The notes under the pieces are model-generated. The model was not told where the DNA came from and did not search any database. It saw only the letters and a list, made by a program, of their open reading frames with translations. From an uncultured Pseudomonadales bacterium (lineage in GTDB: Bacteria; Patescibacteriota; Microgenomatia; UBA1400; PJMF01), in contig CAZBVY010000001.1 of NCBI GenBank assembly GCA_964495475.1, positions 4,239-68,238 on the forward strand: 64,000 nt of DNA, written 5' to 3'. How positions within the stretch are numbered: the first letter of the stretch is position 1; each line of letters begins with the position of its first letter. Positions 18,498 through 29,175 of this stretch are shown one piece after another. The translations under genes and the position numbers were made by a program.

Positions 18498-19286
18498 ATG
18501 GAAATTTGGCAAGCATTTGTATTGGGAATTGTTGAGGGGCTAACAGAATTTTTACCTATCTCCTCCACCTTTCATCTAATTTTCGCAGGTAAATTGCTCA
18601 ATATCGAACCCAGTAATTTTCTTAAATTTTTCGAAGTATTTATTCAAGCTGGCGCCATCCTTGCTGTTTTATTTTTATACGGCAAAGAATTATGGCAAAA
18701 TCGCAAGTTGGATAAAAACATTATTTTATCTTTCATTCCGACTGCCATTCTTGGGTTTTTGTTACATTCAGTGATCAAAAACTTTTTCTTTGAAACCGAT
18801 TGGTTGATGATTAGCGCTTTTGTGATTGTCGGTTTGATTTTTATCGTCTATGAACAATGGCATAAAAAACATCCAAGTAAAGAAAAAAACATTGCTGATT
18901 TAACTTGGCAACAAGCCATACTCATTGGTATTGGTCAAGCCTTTGCCACTCTGCCGGGAGTCTCTCGCGCCGGAGCCGTGATTCTAACCATGATGATTTT
19001 GGGTCAAAAACGTTCTGAATCAGCCAAGTATTCTTTTTTGTTAGCCTTACCTACTACCTGCGCTGCCGCAGGATATGATGCTTTAAAGCTCATTGGTCAG
19101 AATCCAATTTCTGCTCAAGAATTTTTCTTGATAATCGTCGGCTTCGTCACAGCCTTCGTATCAGCCTTTTTTGTTTTAAAATGGTTTATTGCCTATTTGC
19201 AAAAACACACACTCACCAGCTTTGGCATTTATCGTTTAATTGTGGCTGGATTTTTATTAATAACTTTTGGACCAACAATTTTCTAA
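18498..19286 (+). CDS. uppP: undecaprenyl-diphosphatase
   Basis: GIVEGLTEFLPISSTFHL and SRAG motifs of BacA/UppP. Confidence 0.85.
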   Translation: MEIWQAFVLGIVEGLTEFLPISSTFHLIFAGKLLNIEPSNFLKFFEVFIQAGAILAVLFLYGKELWQNRKLDKNIILSFIPTAILGFLLHSVIKNFFFETDWLMISAFVIVGLIFIVYEQWHKKHPSKEKNIADLTWQQAILIGIGQAFATLPGVSRAGAVILTMMILGQKRSESAKYSFLLALPTTCAAAGYDALKLIGQNPISAQEFFLIIVGFVTAFVSAFFVLKWFIAYLQKHTLTSFGIYRLIVAGFLLITFGPTIF

Positions 19287-19312
19287 AATATCTTTTTGAA
19301 GGTGTAAAATAG

Positions 19313-20188
19313 TTGAACGTGAAAATAAACCAACTTAAACATCTTTATATTAATCCAATAGAGCAATGTAATTTAAATTGCAAAATTTGTTATACCAAAA
19401 AAACTAAAAGTGTATTATCCAAGCAGGAAATTCTTGATTTTATTGAACGTTATCAAAAAGTTCAAAAATTGGAATCAATTACTTTTTGTGGTGGCGAGGT
19501 TTTTTTAATTAAAAAATTTCCACAATTGATCAACGAATTGATTGACCAAGATATTTTTATTCAAATTATTAGTAATGGCACCATTGATCGTTTAGAAGAA
19601 ATTAAAGAACCAAACATGGTCAACTTAATTATTTCTCTAGACGGTTTAGAAGATTATCATGATCTTAATAGGGGAATTGGAAATTTCGCAAAAAGCATCA
19701 AATTACTTAAAAAAGCTATTAAGCTTGGTTTTCATACAGAAATTTTCTCTATCGTTACCAAAGAAAATCTTCAAGCAATTCCTCAATTTGAAAAAGAAAT
19801 TCTTAAAAACTTAGGAAAAACAGTTGAGATTACTTATCATCCACGCAAACCCATTAATTATCTTAATAATCATCCTGTTTCTAATATTTTAGGAGAAGTA
19901 AAAAATTTTAATTTTCTAAATTCAAACGAAATTACAACATTATTAAAAAATAAAAAAACTTTCCCCCCAAAAAACTTAGGCTGTTATCAGATTGCTTTAA
20001 TGTCAGATAAACAAATTTATGCCTGCTGTGAAGGCATTAATGCAATCGGCAATATTAATACCGATGTTAAAGAATTAATTAATAATTTTCAAAATCGCCT
20101 GACAAATTCATGCCATCAAAATTGTTTAGATTGCACAGAGCCAGATTTTGTTTGTGGTTTCAAAGATATTTTTTCTAAGATAGAATGA
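19313..20188 (+). CDS. radical SAM protein with C-terminal SPASM/twitch-like Cys cluster
   Basis: CNLNCKICY (CxxxCxxC) motif and C-terminal CC...C..C..C cysteines. Confidence 0.7.
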   Translation: MNVKINQLKHLYINPIEQCNLNCKICYTKKTKSVLSKQEILDFIERYQKVQKLESITFCGGEVFLIKKFPQLINELIDQDIFIQIISNGTIDRLEEIKEPNMVNLIISLDGLEDYHDLNRGIGNFAKSIKLLKKAIKLGFHTEIFSIVTKENLQAIPQFEKEILKNLGKTVEITYHPRKPINYLNNHPVSNILGEVKNFNFLNSNEITTLLKNKKTFPPKNLGCYQIALMSDKQIYACCEGINAIGNINTDVKELINNFQNRLTNSCHQNCLDCTEPDFVCGFKDIFSKIE

Positions 20189-20192
20189 TCGA

Positions 20193-21449
20193 ATGCTAAA
20201 TATTGGAAAAATTATTAAATTTCCAACAAAAACCATCGATCATAATCAAAACTTATATAACAATAATTTGTTTTATTTGAGAATTCTCAGTGTATTTCGT
20301 TCTTTGTTCTTTATGGTGCCAGTCTGGGTTTCAATGGAATTGAAATACATTAGTTTAACTCAGGTAGCCATCATCGACATGATTATTTTAGCCAGTGCTT
20401 TGGTTTTGGAATTACCAACCGGTGCTTTAGCTGATTTAATTGGTAGAAAAAAAAGCATTAGCATTTCTTTTTTAGTAAGCGCCATGGCTTATTTTCTTTT
20501 TGCCTACGCCAACAGTTTTTATTTATTTTTAATTGCTGGACTCGGATTTGGATTGGGAGATGCTTTACTTAGTGGAGCTTTAGAAGCTTTAGTTTTTGAT
20601 ACTTTGAAACAAAACGGCAAAGAACATACTTTTAGTGAAGTAAATAATAAAAATTCTTTAATTTTTAATTACAGTATTTTTTGTGCCATTCTACTGGGCG
20701 GAGTCATGTTTGAAAAATACTATCATCTACCCTCAATACTCACAGGTATTTCTTTTCTTATAGCAGGTTTTATTTCTTCAAAATTTATTGAGCCAGATAT
20801 TGATAGTGAAAAATTTACTCTTAGAAATTATTTATTACAAACTAAAATGGGCTTTAAAGAATTATTCAAAAATAAACAAGCAAGAGACATTTCCCTTTTT
20901 TATATTCTAGTTGGCACTTTTACTTGGCCGATTGTTTTAAGTTTTAAAAATTTTGCACTAGTCGATCTTGGAGTTAGCGAAAAAAACATGGGTTTTATTT
21001 TAGCTTTTGTTTCTTTACTTGCAGTGCAAATCTTGCATGTTTTAATTAGAAAAAAAGTTTTTGAACAGATGAGAATTGTTTTTTTACTTCCTGCTATTTT
21101 ATTAAGTATCTTTTTACCTCTTAGTTATTTTTATCAAATTCCAAATGTTATCATTATGATTTTCTTCGTAATGTTAATGTCTTCTATGCGTTGGAATGTT
21201 TTAGGTAGACTTAGTAATCAATGTTATAGCTCTAAAAATAGAGCCACTGCTATTTCTAGTTTAAGTATGATGATCAGTTTGACTTATATTATGGTATTAG
21301 CTTTGTTTTCTTTGCTCAATGAATATACTGACCATTCAATTAAAATCACCTTTTTAATCATGGGTTTTGGGAGTATATTTTTCTTGTTACCTATTTCTTT
21401 GAAATTAGCAAAAAAATATCATAATAAAGTTTTTCAAACTTATGACTAA
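20193..21449 (+). CDS. MFS transporter
   Basis: 12-TM profile and the GALADLIGRKK MFS signature. Confidence 0.7.
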   Translation: MLNIGKIIKFPTKTIDHNQNLYNNNLFYLRILSVFRSLFFMVPVWVSMELKYISLTQVAIIDMIILASALVLELPTGALADLIGRKKSISISFLVSAMAYFLFAYANSFYLFLIAGLGFGLGDALLSGALEALVFDTLKQNGKEHTFSEVNNKNSLIFNYSIFCAILLGGVMFEKYYHLPSILTGISFLIAGFISSKFIEPDIDSEKFTLRNYLLQTKMGFKELFKNKQARDISLFYILVGTFTWPIVLSFKNFALVDLGVSEKNMGFILAFVSLLAVQILHVLIRKKVFEQMRIVFLLPAILLSIFLPLSYFYQIPNVIIMIFFVMLMSSMRWNVLGRLSNQCYSSKNRATAISSLSMMISLTYIMVLALFSLLNEYTDHSIKITFLIMGFGSIFFLLPISLKLAKKYHNKVFQTYD

Positions 21450-22257
21450 AACATTTAAACAAAAGAAAACACTTGGCTTAGCTTTGGGTAGCGGAGGCTG
21501 GCGAGGACAGGCGCATATAGGAGTAATCAAAGCTCTACTGCAAGCCGGAATTAAAATCGATTATATTGCTGGAGCTAGTGCCGGAGCTTTAATTGGAGGA
21601 TCATATTGTGCTTTGCAAGACATTCATCTCGTAGAAAAAATCTTTAGGGAAAAAATCAATAAAATACAATTAATGTATGCTTTTTCTGATCCAGGACTTA
21701 AAGGTGGTTTATTTAAAGGTCAAAAAGTTATAGAAATTTTTGAAAAACTCATTGGCAAACCCAAAATAGAAAATTTAGCCATTCCTTTTTGTGCAGTTAC
21801 AAGTGATTTGCTGACCGGCAAAGTAGTTGAAATCAAACATGGTGATTTAGCCAAAGCTGTTAGAGCCAGTACCTCAGTACCCTTCGTTTTTGCGCCAGTT
21901 AAATATGATAAATGTAGATTAGTTGATGGAGCCACTGCCGTTCCAGTACCAGTTAAAACAGTTAAACAAATGGGAGCAGATGTGGTAATCGCAGTTAGTC
22001 TCTATAAAAATATTTTTCCAATTAAAGCTACTAAAATCAGTCCCATCAAGGCTATGTTAAAAACCAGCCACATCATGCTTTATCATTTAGCCAAATATAG
22101 TTGTCAAAATGCCGATATTGTCCTGGAGCCTAATATTAAAGAAAAGAGTACTTACTCAAATCCATTTTTTGGTTTTATTAAAAATGAGGGCACGATAGAA
22201 GCTGGAGAAGAAGTTACGCAAGCTAATCTTGCTAAAATTAAAAAGCTTTTGAGTTAA
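21442..22257 (+). CDS. patatin-like phospholipase
   Basis: GSGGWRG, GASAG (GxSxG) and DGA motifs. Confidence 0.8.
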   Translation: MTKTFKQKKTLGLALGSGGWRGQAHIGVIKALLQAGIKIDYIAGASAGALIGGSYCALQDIHLVEKIFREKINKIQLMYAFSDPGLKGGLFKGQKVIEIFEKLIGKPKIENLAIPFCAVTSDLLTGKVVEIKHGDLAKAVRASTSVPFVFAPVKYDKCRLVDGATAVPVPVKTVKQMGADVVIAVSLYKNIFPIKATKISPIKAMLKTSHIMLYHLAKYSCQNADIVLEPNIKEKSTYSNPFFGFIKNEGTIEAGEEVTQANLAKIKKLLS

Positions 22258-23182
22258 ATTTTGGTATCGCTAGTAAGCTAGCTTTCATCACTGTGAAGTC
22301 AGAACTAATTTGCAAAATTGGTAATAAATACCAAGATTCCGGACAATTATGTTTATTTTTATAAATACTCCAAATTATATAAATCAAAAAAAGACTTAAA
22401 AAATAAATTAAATTAAAATTCAAAATTAAAATTAAAAAAAACAAATATCTCACAAAAATTAACAAAACTTTTGGTCGAATAATACCCGCTTCAACATCGC
22501 TTTTAGCAAAAGCACCAATCTTTTTAATAAACGATAAAAAATCATGTGGTGGTTCCCAATAAACAATCGCTTTTTTCGCAAAAGCCATCTCTATATTTTT
22601 CTGTTTAATTCTCAGCATTAGTTGATAATCTTCACTTAGCTTTAATTTTTCATTAAGACCTCCCAAGTCTTGCCAAAGTTTTTTTTCAATTAACAAAGAG
22701 CGGGTGGTAGGAATAAAATTCTTCTCATTAACATTTTTCGACAATTGTAAAAAATAGGGAACAATCGCCTCTTCTAATTTAGAATGAACAATTCCTCTGA
22801 AAAATCCACCTACGACTTTTTTTCTTGATAAAATTAATTTTTTAAGTAATTCCTCTAACCACAACCAATCAAGTATGCATCCAGCATCAGTAAAAGCTAA
22901 ATAATCAGCTGAAGTTTTTGTAACTGCAAAGTTTCTGGCTTGACTACGATTAGTTTTTTTTCTGAAAAAACGAATATTTAGTTGTGGATTTTTTTTGCTA
23001 AAAGCTTCAATTATCAAATCAGTTCCATCAGTTGAACAAGCATCAACGATAATAAATTCCTGAGCTAAAATGCTTTGCTTTTTATAGCTCTCTAAAAAAT
23101 CATGGATGTTATTTTTCTCATTAAAAACTGTTGCTATTAAAGCAACAGAGATTTTTCTATAATCAGTCAACTGACTTGGCAT
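22238..23182 (-). CDS. family 2 glycosyltransferase
   Basis: VDACSTDGT and DxD-type GT-A motifs, with a C-terminal TM tail. Confidence 0.7.
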   Translation of the reverse strand: MPSQLTDYRKISVALIATVFNEKNNIHDFLESYKKQSILAQEFIIVDACSTDGTDLIIEAFSKKNPQLNIRFFRKKTNRSQARNFAVTKTSADYLAFTDAGCILDWLWLEELLKKLILSRKKVVGGFFRGIVHSKLEEAIVPYFLQLSKNVNEKNFIPTTRSLLIEKKLWQDLGGLNEKLKLSEDYQLMLRIKQKNIEMAFAKKAIVYWEPPHDFLSFIKKIGAFAKSDVEAGIIRPKVLLIFVRYLFFLILILNFNLIYFLSLFLIYIIWSIYKNKHNCPESWYLLPILQISSDFTVMKASLLAIPKFNSKAF

Positions 23183-23238
23183 GTTTGATAGGACTATAGC
23201 TTTTATTTAACTGCAAGTCTAGAGATAATTAAACTGCT

Positions 23239-24210
23239 ATGAAGGCCTTAATCATTACTGAATCATATTTACCCAATCTTGGCGGAGTGGAAAAACATAT
23301 TGCTGGTATCAAACCTTATTTAGAAAAAGCCAATTTTAAATTAACAATTTTTAGTAAAAAAGAAATATTTAAAAATCGTCCACTCAGAAAATTCATAGGA
23401 TTATTGCAAATTTGGTTGGAACTAGCCAAACGTATTCAATTAATTAAACAAGCAGATATTATTTTTATTCACGATGTTTTTATTTATTATTTGCCATTTA
23501 GAATTATTTTCCCAAGAAAAAAAGTCATCACTACTTTTCATGGTTGGGAAAAAATTTATCCCATTCCATTAAAAAATATTTTATATAAACAATTAGCGCA
23601 AAAATTTTCTCATAAAACCGTCAGTATTGGTAACTACATCAACAAATACTATCATTTGCATAATAAAAATAATTATTTAAACTACGGCGCTGTAAAAATT
23701 CCCACGACACAAATTGATCTGACAAAAAAAGAAAAAAACAGTTTTTTGTTTGTAGGAAGATTAGAAAAAGATACTGGTTTACCAATTTTTTTGGATTTCT
23801 TAAATATTTTATTAAAGAAAAAAATAATTTTTTCTGTTAAATTTTGCGGTGATGGGCCCATGAAAAAAAATTGTCTTCGCTATGGTCCAGTGCTTGGTTT
23901 TGTTGATGTTAAAAAATATTTAACCAAATCAGAATTTTGTTTTGCAGGTGGCTATTTATCTATTCTGGAAGCAATGATTAATAAAAACATTGTGCTAAGT
24001 GCTTTTAATAACGAACTTAAAAAAGATTATTTACTAGATAGTCCTTTTAGACAAAGCATCATTTATGCCGATCAAGCACAAACCTTGTTTGATAAATATA
24101 GTGGCATACAAAATAAGCGAAAGTTACTTGATTTAAATTATCATTTAGCCAAAAAATATAGTTTTGAACAATTAGCTAATTTATATATACAGTTAAGTCA
24201 ATCAAGATGA
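23239..24210 (+). CDS. GT4-like glycosyltransferase
   Basis: GT-B fold pattern with NLGGVEKH at the N-terminus. Confidence 0.55.
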   Translation: MKALIITESYLPNLGGVEKHIAGIKPYLEKANFKLTIFSKKEIFKNRPLRKFIGLLQIWLELAKRIQLIKQADIIFIHDVFIYYLPFRIIFPRKKVITTFHGWEKIYPIPLKNILYKQLAQKFSHKTVSIGNYINKYYHLHNKNNYLNYGAVKIPTTQIDLTKKEKNSFLFVGRLEKDTGLPIFLDFLNILLKKKIIFSVKFCGDGPMKKNCLRYGPVLGFVDVKKYLTKSEFCFAGGYLSILEAMINKNIVLSAFNNELKKDYLLDSPFRQSIIYADQAQTLFDKYSGIQNKRKLLDLNYHLAKKYSFEQLANLYIQLSQSR

Positions 24211-25760
24211 AAAAAAGTTTGATTCTAATCGTTTTACTTTCACTCACATCTTTTGTTTTAGTTTTTGGAATTTTACAAAATTACTTAGTCTTCAAATCTT
24301 TAAAAGAAATGGATTTAACGAGAGCTACCAAGACAAGTAAGACGGCGATTTTTTTACCAAAAATAATTAATCTAATTACTTTTAAACAAATTGAACTAAT
24401 TAAATTTTGGGAATTTTCAATTCAGGAAATTTCTACCATTCAGGAATTAATAACAAATACTCAGACCTACTTAACACAGGTTATAAACAATGAATTGGTG
24501 GATCAGGAATTAGCTAACAAAATTATTGAACATTTAGAAAAAATAAATAACAAATTAAATAAAATTGATATTAAGGAATTAAATGAAGTTCAATCAATCA
24601 CTGAAGATTCTCTCATTATTGCCAAAAAATTATTGCAAACCAATCAAAATTATATTGTAATTCTTCAAAATAGTGACGAACTTAGAGCAACTGGGGGATT
24701 TTTAGGTTCATTTTTTATTTTAAAAACACAAAATGGACAAATAGCTCCCTTAGAAATTCAAGATATTTATGTTCCCGATGGACAATTCAGTGGTTTTCTT
24801 GAAGCTCCTCCAGGATTGAACGAATACCTAAGCTCCGGTAAAGGTTTGCGATTGCCAGATGCTAACTGGTGGCCAAATTTTGCAGATTCTGCAGAACAAA
24901 TTCTTTATTTTTTTGAAACTGTTACAAAAGAAAAATACCAGGGAGTTATTGCTTTAAATTTAAATACCGTTGAACAATTACTGGAAATAACTGGAGAAAT
25001 ATATTTGCCTGATTACAACACTTATATCAATGAAGATAATTTTGCTCAGATTGCTAGAGCAGATCGCAATGAATTTTTCCCAGGTTCTCAAGAAAAAGCC
25101 AATTTCCTCAATCATTTTTTTAATATTTTTAAATTGCAGTTAACTCACGTTATGCAAAAAAATCCCAAAGCAATTTTCGCTCTTAGTAGAAAATTTGTTG
25201 TTGAAAAAGATTTACAAATTTATAGCAGGGACACTGAAATTAACAACATTTTACAAAGAAGAAATCTGACTGGAAAAATGTACAATCAACAAGAATTATA
25301 TTTTTTTCTAGTTGAAAGCAACGTGGGCATTAATAAAGCCAATCGTTTAGTTAATAGAGAAGTATTAATTAAAATAGGGGAAAATCAAGAAAAAATTATT
25401 ATTAATTTCCAAAACAATAATCAAGTTCCTTATGTTAATTATCAGAGACTCTATGTCAATCCCACCACTAAACTAATAAACATTTTCATAGATGGTAAAC
25501 AAATAAATTCTATTGATCAAAAAACTTTTACTACCAAAGAAGGAAATCAATTTAAAGAAATTGGTTTTTTAACATCAGTATTAGCTAAAGGCCAATCTCA
25601 AATAGAAATTAATTTAGACAGTTCTTTTTCTCTAGAATCTAAAAAAAACATTTTTATACAAAAACAAGCTGGTCTAGCGAGCACTCCCTACACAGTTAAT
25701 TATCAAGAACAAAGTCGAAGTTTTGAACTAACTAGTGATCAAAACCTAATCTTCGATTAG
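24207..25760 (+). CDS. DUF4012-family envelope protein
   Basis: N-terminal TM helix and the DELRATGGFLGS signature of DUF4012. Confidence 0.6.
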   Translation: MKKSLILIVLLSLTSFVLVFGILQNYLVFKSLKEMDLTRATKTSKTAIFLPKIINLITFKQIELIKFWEFSIQEISTIQELITNTQTYLTQVINNELVDQELANKIIEHLEKINNKLNKIDIKELNEVQSITEDSLIIAKKLLQTNQNYIVILQNSDELRATGGFLGSFFILKTQNGQIAPLEIQDIYVPDGQFSGFLEAPPGLNEYLSSGKGLRLPDANWWPNFADSAEQILYFFETVTKEKYQGVIALNLNTVEQLLEITGEIYLPDYNTYINEDNFAQIARADRNEFFPGSQEKANFLNHFFNIFKLQLTHVMQKNPKAIFALSRKFVVEKDLQIYSRDTEINNILQRRNLTGKMYNQQELYFFLVESNVGINKANRLVNREVLIKIGENQEKIIINFQNNNQVPYVNYQRLYVNPTTKLINIFIDGKQINSIDQKTFTTKEGNQFKEIGFLTSVLAKGQSQIEINLDSSFSLESKKNIFIQKQAGLASTPYTVNYQEQSRSFELTSDQNLIFD

Positions 25761-25781
25761 AATAGACCAGAGATAAAATAT

Positions 25782-26837
25782 ATGGATCACGAAACTCTCA
25801 TTGCCAATTGTCAAAAATTATTACTTGATTCTAAGTTAGCAGAAAAAAAAGCTTCTATTTTAGCGATTGAAAAAGAAAGTGAGCAGGCAGGTTTTTGGCA
25901 ACAAGACTCGGCTCAGCAAAAAATGCAGTGGTTATCTTCTTTGCAAAAAGAAGTTAAAGCATTGGAAAAAATAGAACAATTGGCCAATGATTTACAAGCT
26001 GCCATAGAATTGGAATTGTCTGAAGATATTCAAATAATTACTCGTAATTTAGAAAAGCTTTTTAAAGACGCTGAATTAAAACAATATTTAAGTGGTAAAT
26101 ATGATCGTTCATACGCAATCTTATCCATTCACCCAGGCCAAGGTGGCACAGAAGCTATGGATTGGGCTGAGATGATTAAGCGCATGTATCAACGTTATTT
26201 TGAAAGAAAAGCTTGGAAATATAGATTTGTTTCAGAAATTAGAGGTGAAGATGCTGGCATCAAAGAAGCAGTTTTTGAAATTGAAGAAGATTATGCCTAT
26301 GGTTATTTAAAAGGGGAACAGGGTACGCATCGTTTAGTAAGACAAAGCCCGTTTAATGCTGATAATTTAAGACAAACTTCTTTTGCCTTAGTTGAAGTCT
26401 TGCCTATTTTAGATCAGCAAAACGACATAGAAATCAAGGATGTTGATTTGGAATGGAATTTTACTAGAGCCGGTGGTGCTGGTGGACAATCAGTTAATAA
26501 AACTAATTCTGCAGTAGAACTCACTCACGTTCCCAGTGGAATAACAGTCAAATGTCGTGAAGAACGCAGTCAAATTCAAAATCGTGAGCGAGCAATGAAA
26601 ATGCTTAAAGCTAAATTAGCTAAAATTGAAGAAGAAAAATTTGAAAACGAATTGCAAAGTGCCAAAGGACAACATCAAAATGCTAGTTGGGGGACACAAA
26701 TTCGCAATTATGTTCTCCACCCTTATCAATTAATCAAAGACACCCGAACTCAAGTAGAAACCAGTCAAAGTGGCGAGGTTTTAGATGGTGATTTAGATCA
26801 ATTTATTTTAAGTTTTATTCATTATAGAAAAAGTTAG
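25782..26837 (+). CDS. prfB: peptide chain release factor 2 (no programmed frameshift)
   Basis: SPF tripeptide and GGQ motif; contiguous 351-aa ORF. Confidence 0.85.
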   Translation: MDHETLIANCQKLLLDSKLAEKKASILAIEKESEQAGFWQQDSAQQKMQWLSSLQKEVKALEKIEQLANDLQAAIELELSEDIQIITRNLEKLFKDAELKQYLSGKYDRSYAILSIHPGQGGTEAMDWAEMIKRMYQRYFERKAWKYRFVSEIRGEDAGIKEAVFEIEEDYAYGYLKGEQGTHRLVRQSPFNADNLRQTSFALVEVLPILDQQNDIEIKDVDLEWNFTRAGGAGGQSVNKTNSAVELTHVPSGITVKCREERSQIQNRERAMKMLKAKLAKIEEEKFENELQSAKGQHQNASWGTQIRNYVLHPYQLIKDTRTQVETSQSGEVLDGDLDQFILSFIHYRKS

Positions 26838-26863
26838 CTATTTTGGGCTAAAATAGGAGCACT

Positions 26864-27436
26864 ATGTATAAAATGCAACTGCAAGAAAACGATCAAAATC
26901 AAATCAATGACCAAGTAGGACAAAATGCTTACGAAGAAAAACAAGTTGACGAATTTCCAAATTTGAGTCAAAATCAGAATCTTATGAGTAAAAAAGCAAA
27001 AAAAACCTTCATTATCATTTGTGGTATTGCCATACTAGCCGGAACTTTAACTGGTTTTGGAGCATATAAACTCAAGAATAAAAACGGAGGAACCGTGGCT
27101 CAAGTAGAAAACGTTACTGTTGAAGACGCTAATAAAGTTAAAAACGGTGACGTTTTTGGCGTGCAAGATAAAGATACTTTTGCCGATAATGCCACTGGTT
27201 ATGTTGAAGCAGGTGGCGTAGAAGGTGAAGGTTCTCATAAATTGTTAAGAGAAGGTGGCGATAGTCAAACAGTCGCTCTCACCTCTTCTGTGGTCGATCT
27301 AGATAAATTAGTCGGCTTTGAAGTGAAACTCTATGGAGAAACTCACAAAGCAGAAAAAGCCGGATGGTTCATGGATGTTGGCCGAGTTGAAGTGGTTAAT
27401 ACGGAAGCAGAAGCTCCTATTCAAACTTTAGATTAA
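26864..27436 (+). CDS. hypothetical membrane-anchored protein
   Basis: Single TM helix at about aa 48-68. Confidence 0.45.
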   Translation: MYKMQLQENDQNQINDQVGQNAYEEKQVDEFPNLSQNQNLMSKKAKKTFIIICGIAILAGTLTGFGAYKLKNKNGGTVAQVENVTVEDANKVKNGDVFGVQDKDTFADNATGYVEAGGVEGEGSHKLLREGGDSQTVALTSSVVDLDKLVGFEVKLYGETHKAEKAGWFMDVGRVEVVNTEAEAPIQTLD

Positions 27437-27455
27437 ACATGCTTAAATAGACCTC

Positions 27456-28316
27456 ATGCCCATGATAGTTTTTTCAGCTGTTAGCAAGTCATTTGCTGAT
27501 AAGCCCACTGCCATCGTCAACCTGGATCTAGAAATTAATGAAGGAGATCTTCTCATTATTACTGGACCATCTGGAGCAGGCAAAACTACCTTGATGAAAT
27601 TGCTTATTAAAGAGTACTCTCCCACTAATGGAGAGATTACTTTTGAAAATACTCCACTGAGTCAATATAAAAAATCAGATATTCCTAATTTACGTCGCAA
27701 AATAGGCGTAGTTTTTCAAGATTATAAATTGATAGAAGACATGAATGTCTGGGAAAACATTGCTCTTCCTCTTTATATCAGTGGCAAAAAAGATGAAGAA
27801 ATTGAATCAAGAGTAACGGATTTACTAAATTTAATTGGTTTGGCTGATAAAGCTTCACTTTTCCCTAGACAACTTTCTGGCGGTGAAGCTCAACGAGTTA
27901 GTATTGCCAGAGCTCTTTCAACTGCTCCCAAAGTTATTTTTGCCGATGAACCTACTGGAAATTTAGATCGTGAAGCTACTATTAAAATTACTAAACTTTT
28001 AAAAAAGATTAATGAGCTCGGTACTACTCTATTATTTGCTACCCATGATCCATTAGTTTTAGATGAACTTCATGACGAAAAAATTGTTCATCTAGAAAAA
28101 CAAGCTCCTGCGACTGAAGAGAAAAAAGAAGATAAAAAAGATGAGGAAAGAGAAAAAGTTAAAGAAAAACAAGAAAAATTAGAAAAAGAAATTAACGAAA
28201 AAAAAGAAATTAAACAAAGTCATAAATCAAGTTTGCCGAAATTAAAACTTAAAATTAATTTTAAGAAAGATAAAAAAGAAGAGTCAAAACATAAGGAAAA
28301 ACATGAAAGCACTTAA
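27456..28316 (+). CDS. ftsE: cell-division ABC ATPase FtsE with Lys/Glu-rich C-terminal tail
   Basis: Walker A GPSGAGKTT, LSGGEAQR signature; synteny with ftsX. Confidence 0.85.
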   Translation: MPMIVFSAVSKSFADKPTAIVNLDLEINEGDLLIITGPSGAGKTTLMKLLIKEYSPTNGEITFENTPLSQYKKSDIPNLRRKIGVVFQDYKLIEDMNVWENIALPLYISGKKDEEIESRVTDLLNLIGLADKASLFPRQLSGGEAQRVSIARALSTAPKVIFADEPTGNLDREATIKITKLLKKINELGTTLLFATHDPLVLDELHDEKIVHLEKQAPATEEKKEDKKDEEREKVKEKQEKLEKEINEKKEIKQSHKSSLPKLKLKINFKKDKKEESKHKEKHEST

Positions 28317-29172
28317 TTCTGCCATGGTTGCTATCCGACGCTCACCTTATCAAAGTACTTTAACTATTTTTATCTTAACTATTACTTTCTTTGTAGCTTA
28401 TTGTTTTTCATTGTTGAGCATTGGTAGTGAAAAAATCTTATCATTTTTCGAAACTCAACCTCAAGTAATCGCTTTTTTGAAATTAGAATCAAAAAATGAA
28501 GATGCAGAGAGAATTAGCCAAAAAATGAAAGAAAAAAGCTATGTTAAAGAAGTCAAAATAGTGACTAAACAGGAAGCTTTACAGATTTATCAAAAAGAAA
28601 ATCAAGATGATCCTCTTTTATTGGAATTAGTAACTGAAGAAATTTTGCCAGCTAGCATTGAAGTCGCTGCTAAAGACGCTAAAAGTCTAGACACCATTAA
28701 AAATGATCTAAAAGAAGAAAGTGCAGTCGAAGATGTAGCCTTGCAAGAAGATGTGATTAATAATTTGATTCGCTGGACTAATGCCATGCGTATTATTGGT
28801 CTGTTTTTATTAGGCACTTTGACGGTAACTTCATTTGTCATGATTATGACTACTATTTCCATGAAGATTTCCACTAAACGAAAAAACATCCAAATTATGC
28901 AATTTGTTGGAGCTTCTAACAGCTATGTAAGCCGTCCTTATTTATTAGAGGCAATTGTAATAAGTAGCGTCGCCAACATCTTAGCTTTTGCTCTATATGG
29001 AGCAGTCATGCTTTATATTAATCCTTGGCTTGAAAACTTCTTAGTTGGCATTATTGATCTTCCCATTGCCTGGCAATTTTTTGCCTATCAATTTATGGCT
29101 GGCCTCGGATTGGCAATCCTACTTGGAATTATCGCGAGCTACAGTGCTGTAGCGCGCATGTTAAAAAAATAA
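28303..29172 (+). CDS. ftsX: cell-division permease FtsX
   Basis: FtsX topology and C-terminal conserved region; overlaps ftsE. Confidence 0.8.
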   Translation: MKALNSAMVAIRRSPYQSTLTIFILTITFFVAYCFSLLSIGSEKILSFFETQPQVIAFLKLESKNEDAERISQKMKEKSYVKEVKIVTKQEALQIYQKENQDDPLLLELVTEEILPASIEVAAKDAKSLDTIKNDLKEESAVEDVALQEDVINNLIRWTNAMRIIGLFLLGTLTVTSFVMIMTTISMKISTKRKNIQIMQFVGASNSYVSRPYLLEAIVISSVANILAFALYGAVMLYINPWLENFLVGIIDLPIAWQFFAYQFMAGLGLAILLGIIASYSAVARMLKK

Positions 29173-29175
29173 ATC

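Noticed and set aside
25782-26837. Looked for the programmed +1 frameshift usually present in prfB
   Set aside because: The RF2 ORF is contiguous (351 aa) with no internal CUU-UGA shift site, so no frameshift is present here.
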